This document shows, piece after piece, positions 63,059-64,000 of a DNA stretch of 64,000 nt. The stretch's first letter is position 1; every line of letters begins with the position of its first letter. The notes below the pieces were generated by a model. That model made no database searches, was not told the origin of the DNA, and was given only the letters and a program-made list of their open reading frames with translations. This stretch comes from Acidobacteriota bacterium. GTDB taxonomy: Bacteria > Acidobacteriota > UBA6911. The position numbers and the translations under genes were made by a program. The stretch spans positions 256,001-320,000 of the forward strand of contig OY761556.1 in the NCBI GenBank assembly GCA_963664705.1, read 5' to 3'.

Positions 63059-63561
63059 GCGCTCTCCGTTGCCGGTTCGGATCACTCGGCTGTTTGTGGT
63101 GTTACTTATATCAGAACGATCGGCCCGGATCCCATAGGAAATTTTATCCTCGATTTTTCACTCATCGGCAGGCTCTTTATCTGCACCGACTCTCCATATA
63201 CGTAGTTCTGCGCATCGACATATGGCGTAAAGCACTTACCCGTCATTGGGTATTTCAGCCGATTGAGAACCGATGCGGTTCGCGGTTAAATGAAACATCA
63301 TTAATGCCCCGATGGCGGGAGGAATTCCTGTAGACGGGGAAGAGAATTGGCAATCATACGAGTTCTGGCTGCAATTGAAAAATGGATGCGGCCGATCGAG
63401 TTGTGGGGACTGCCTCCTGTGCGTGGTTAAGTAGGGGGGGCCGGGCACGTGGAGAGTCCCCACGGGGATATGTTTCTTAACGAAGCGCGAGCAACAATCT
63501 GCTTTATCAGGCGGTTTCAGAGCCGCTCCTGTCACAAAACCTGCTACTAGCCCGCTGTAAC

Positions 63562-63603
63562 AACAAAGGGTTCCAGGTGAAAAACCGGAACCCTTGTTTT
63601 TTT
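63562..63603 (+). terminator. Intrinsic terminator-like hairpin in the divergent intergenic region
   Basis: AACAA-AGGGTTCC-aGGT-gaaaa-ACC-GGAACCCT-TGTT then T-run. Confidence 0.6.
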
Positions 63604-63827
63604 GGAATAATGCTTTCAGCTTGTTGGTTCCGGGTTCTTCTGAGGCTCTTGGATTGCACATTGGATCGCAGGCGAATTATAGGCTGTATTTTGGCGAGGA
63701 TCGAGCTTTCCGAGGTTGACATCGACGGATTTTGGTGGGATGGTAGTCGAGGATGGCAAACCCGTACCCAATATCGTGATTATTAACAAGAAGCCCTGTT
63801 TTCTCCAACTTGCGGAGTGGTGGATCA

Positions 63828-64000
63828 ATGGCGAAAGAGTATCGCGTAATCCTTGCAGATGATCACATCCTTGTCCGACGTGGATTGAGGCGAATTCTTG
63901 AAGAGAAAGGCAATCTGGAAATTGCGGCCGAAGTGGGCGACGGGCTGGAATTACTGAGTGTTTTGAACAAGATTGAGCCCAATCTGGTCATCCTCGATGT
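63828..64000 (+). CDS. NarL/LuxR-type response regulator, 5' part (runs off the window)
   Basis: MAKEYRVILADDHILVRRGLRRIL...EVGDGLELL...PNLVILDV; not in the supplied ORF track. Confidence 0.88.
   Translation, partial: MAKEYRVILADDHILVRRGLRRILEEKGNLEIAAEVGDGLELLSVLNKIEPNLVILD

Overview
Chromosomal window of a moderately GC-rich diderm bacterium; gene content and order suggest Acidobacteriota (inference, not searched). 1-32.4 kb is mostly housekeeping: Omp85/TamA-SurA-TamB cluster, a two-component pair, rplU-rpmA-obgE-nadD-rsfS-rlmH-dksA-comF, queA, folE, sppA, the atpF'F-H-A-G-D-C half of a split ATP synthase operon, glnS and tRNA-Gln(CTG). Directly after the tRNA lies an accessory region with no integrase. 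A 237/238-bp near-identical direct repeat beginning with the tRNA 3' end brackets a 3-gene module: an ECF sigma factor, an anti-sigma with LolA/RseB-like and SecD-head-like domains, and a stand-alone SecD-head protein. Then follow a GT1 glycosyltransferase, hydroxycinnamoyl-CoA hydratase/lyase, DUF1846, MFS plus UroD/MtaA-like genes, a ~29-repeat ankyrin protein and a large hybrid kinase. The right end holds a polyphosphate cluster (ppx-ppk1-ROK-PHP, sixA), a REC-GGDEF protein, MrfAB-like repair genes and pit. Other unexplained non-coding structure: a ~260-bp inverted-repeat element abutting a diverged duplicate of a gene's 3' end (14.5-15.0 kb), dispersed 7-nt-period intergenic repeats, and a structured, terminated intergenic region at 63.1-63.8 kb. 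All assignments come from motif recognition by eye; no database searches were run.
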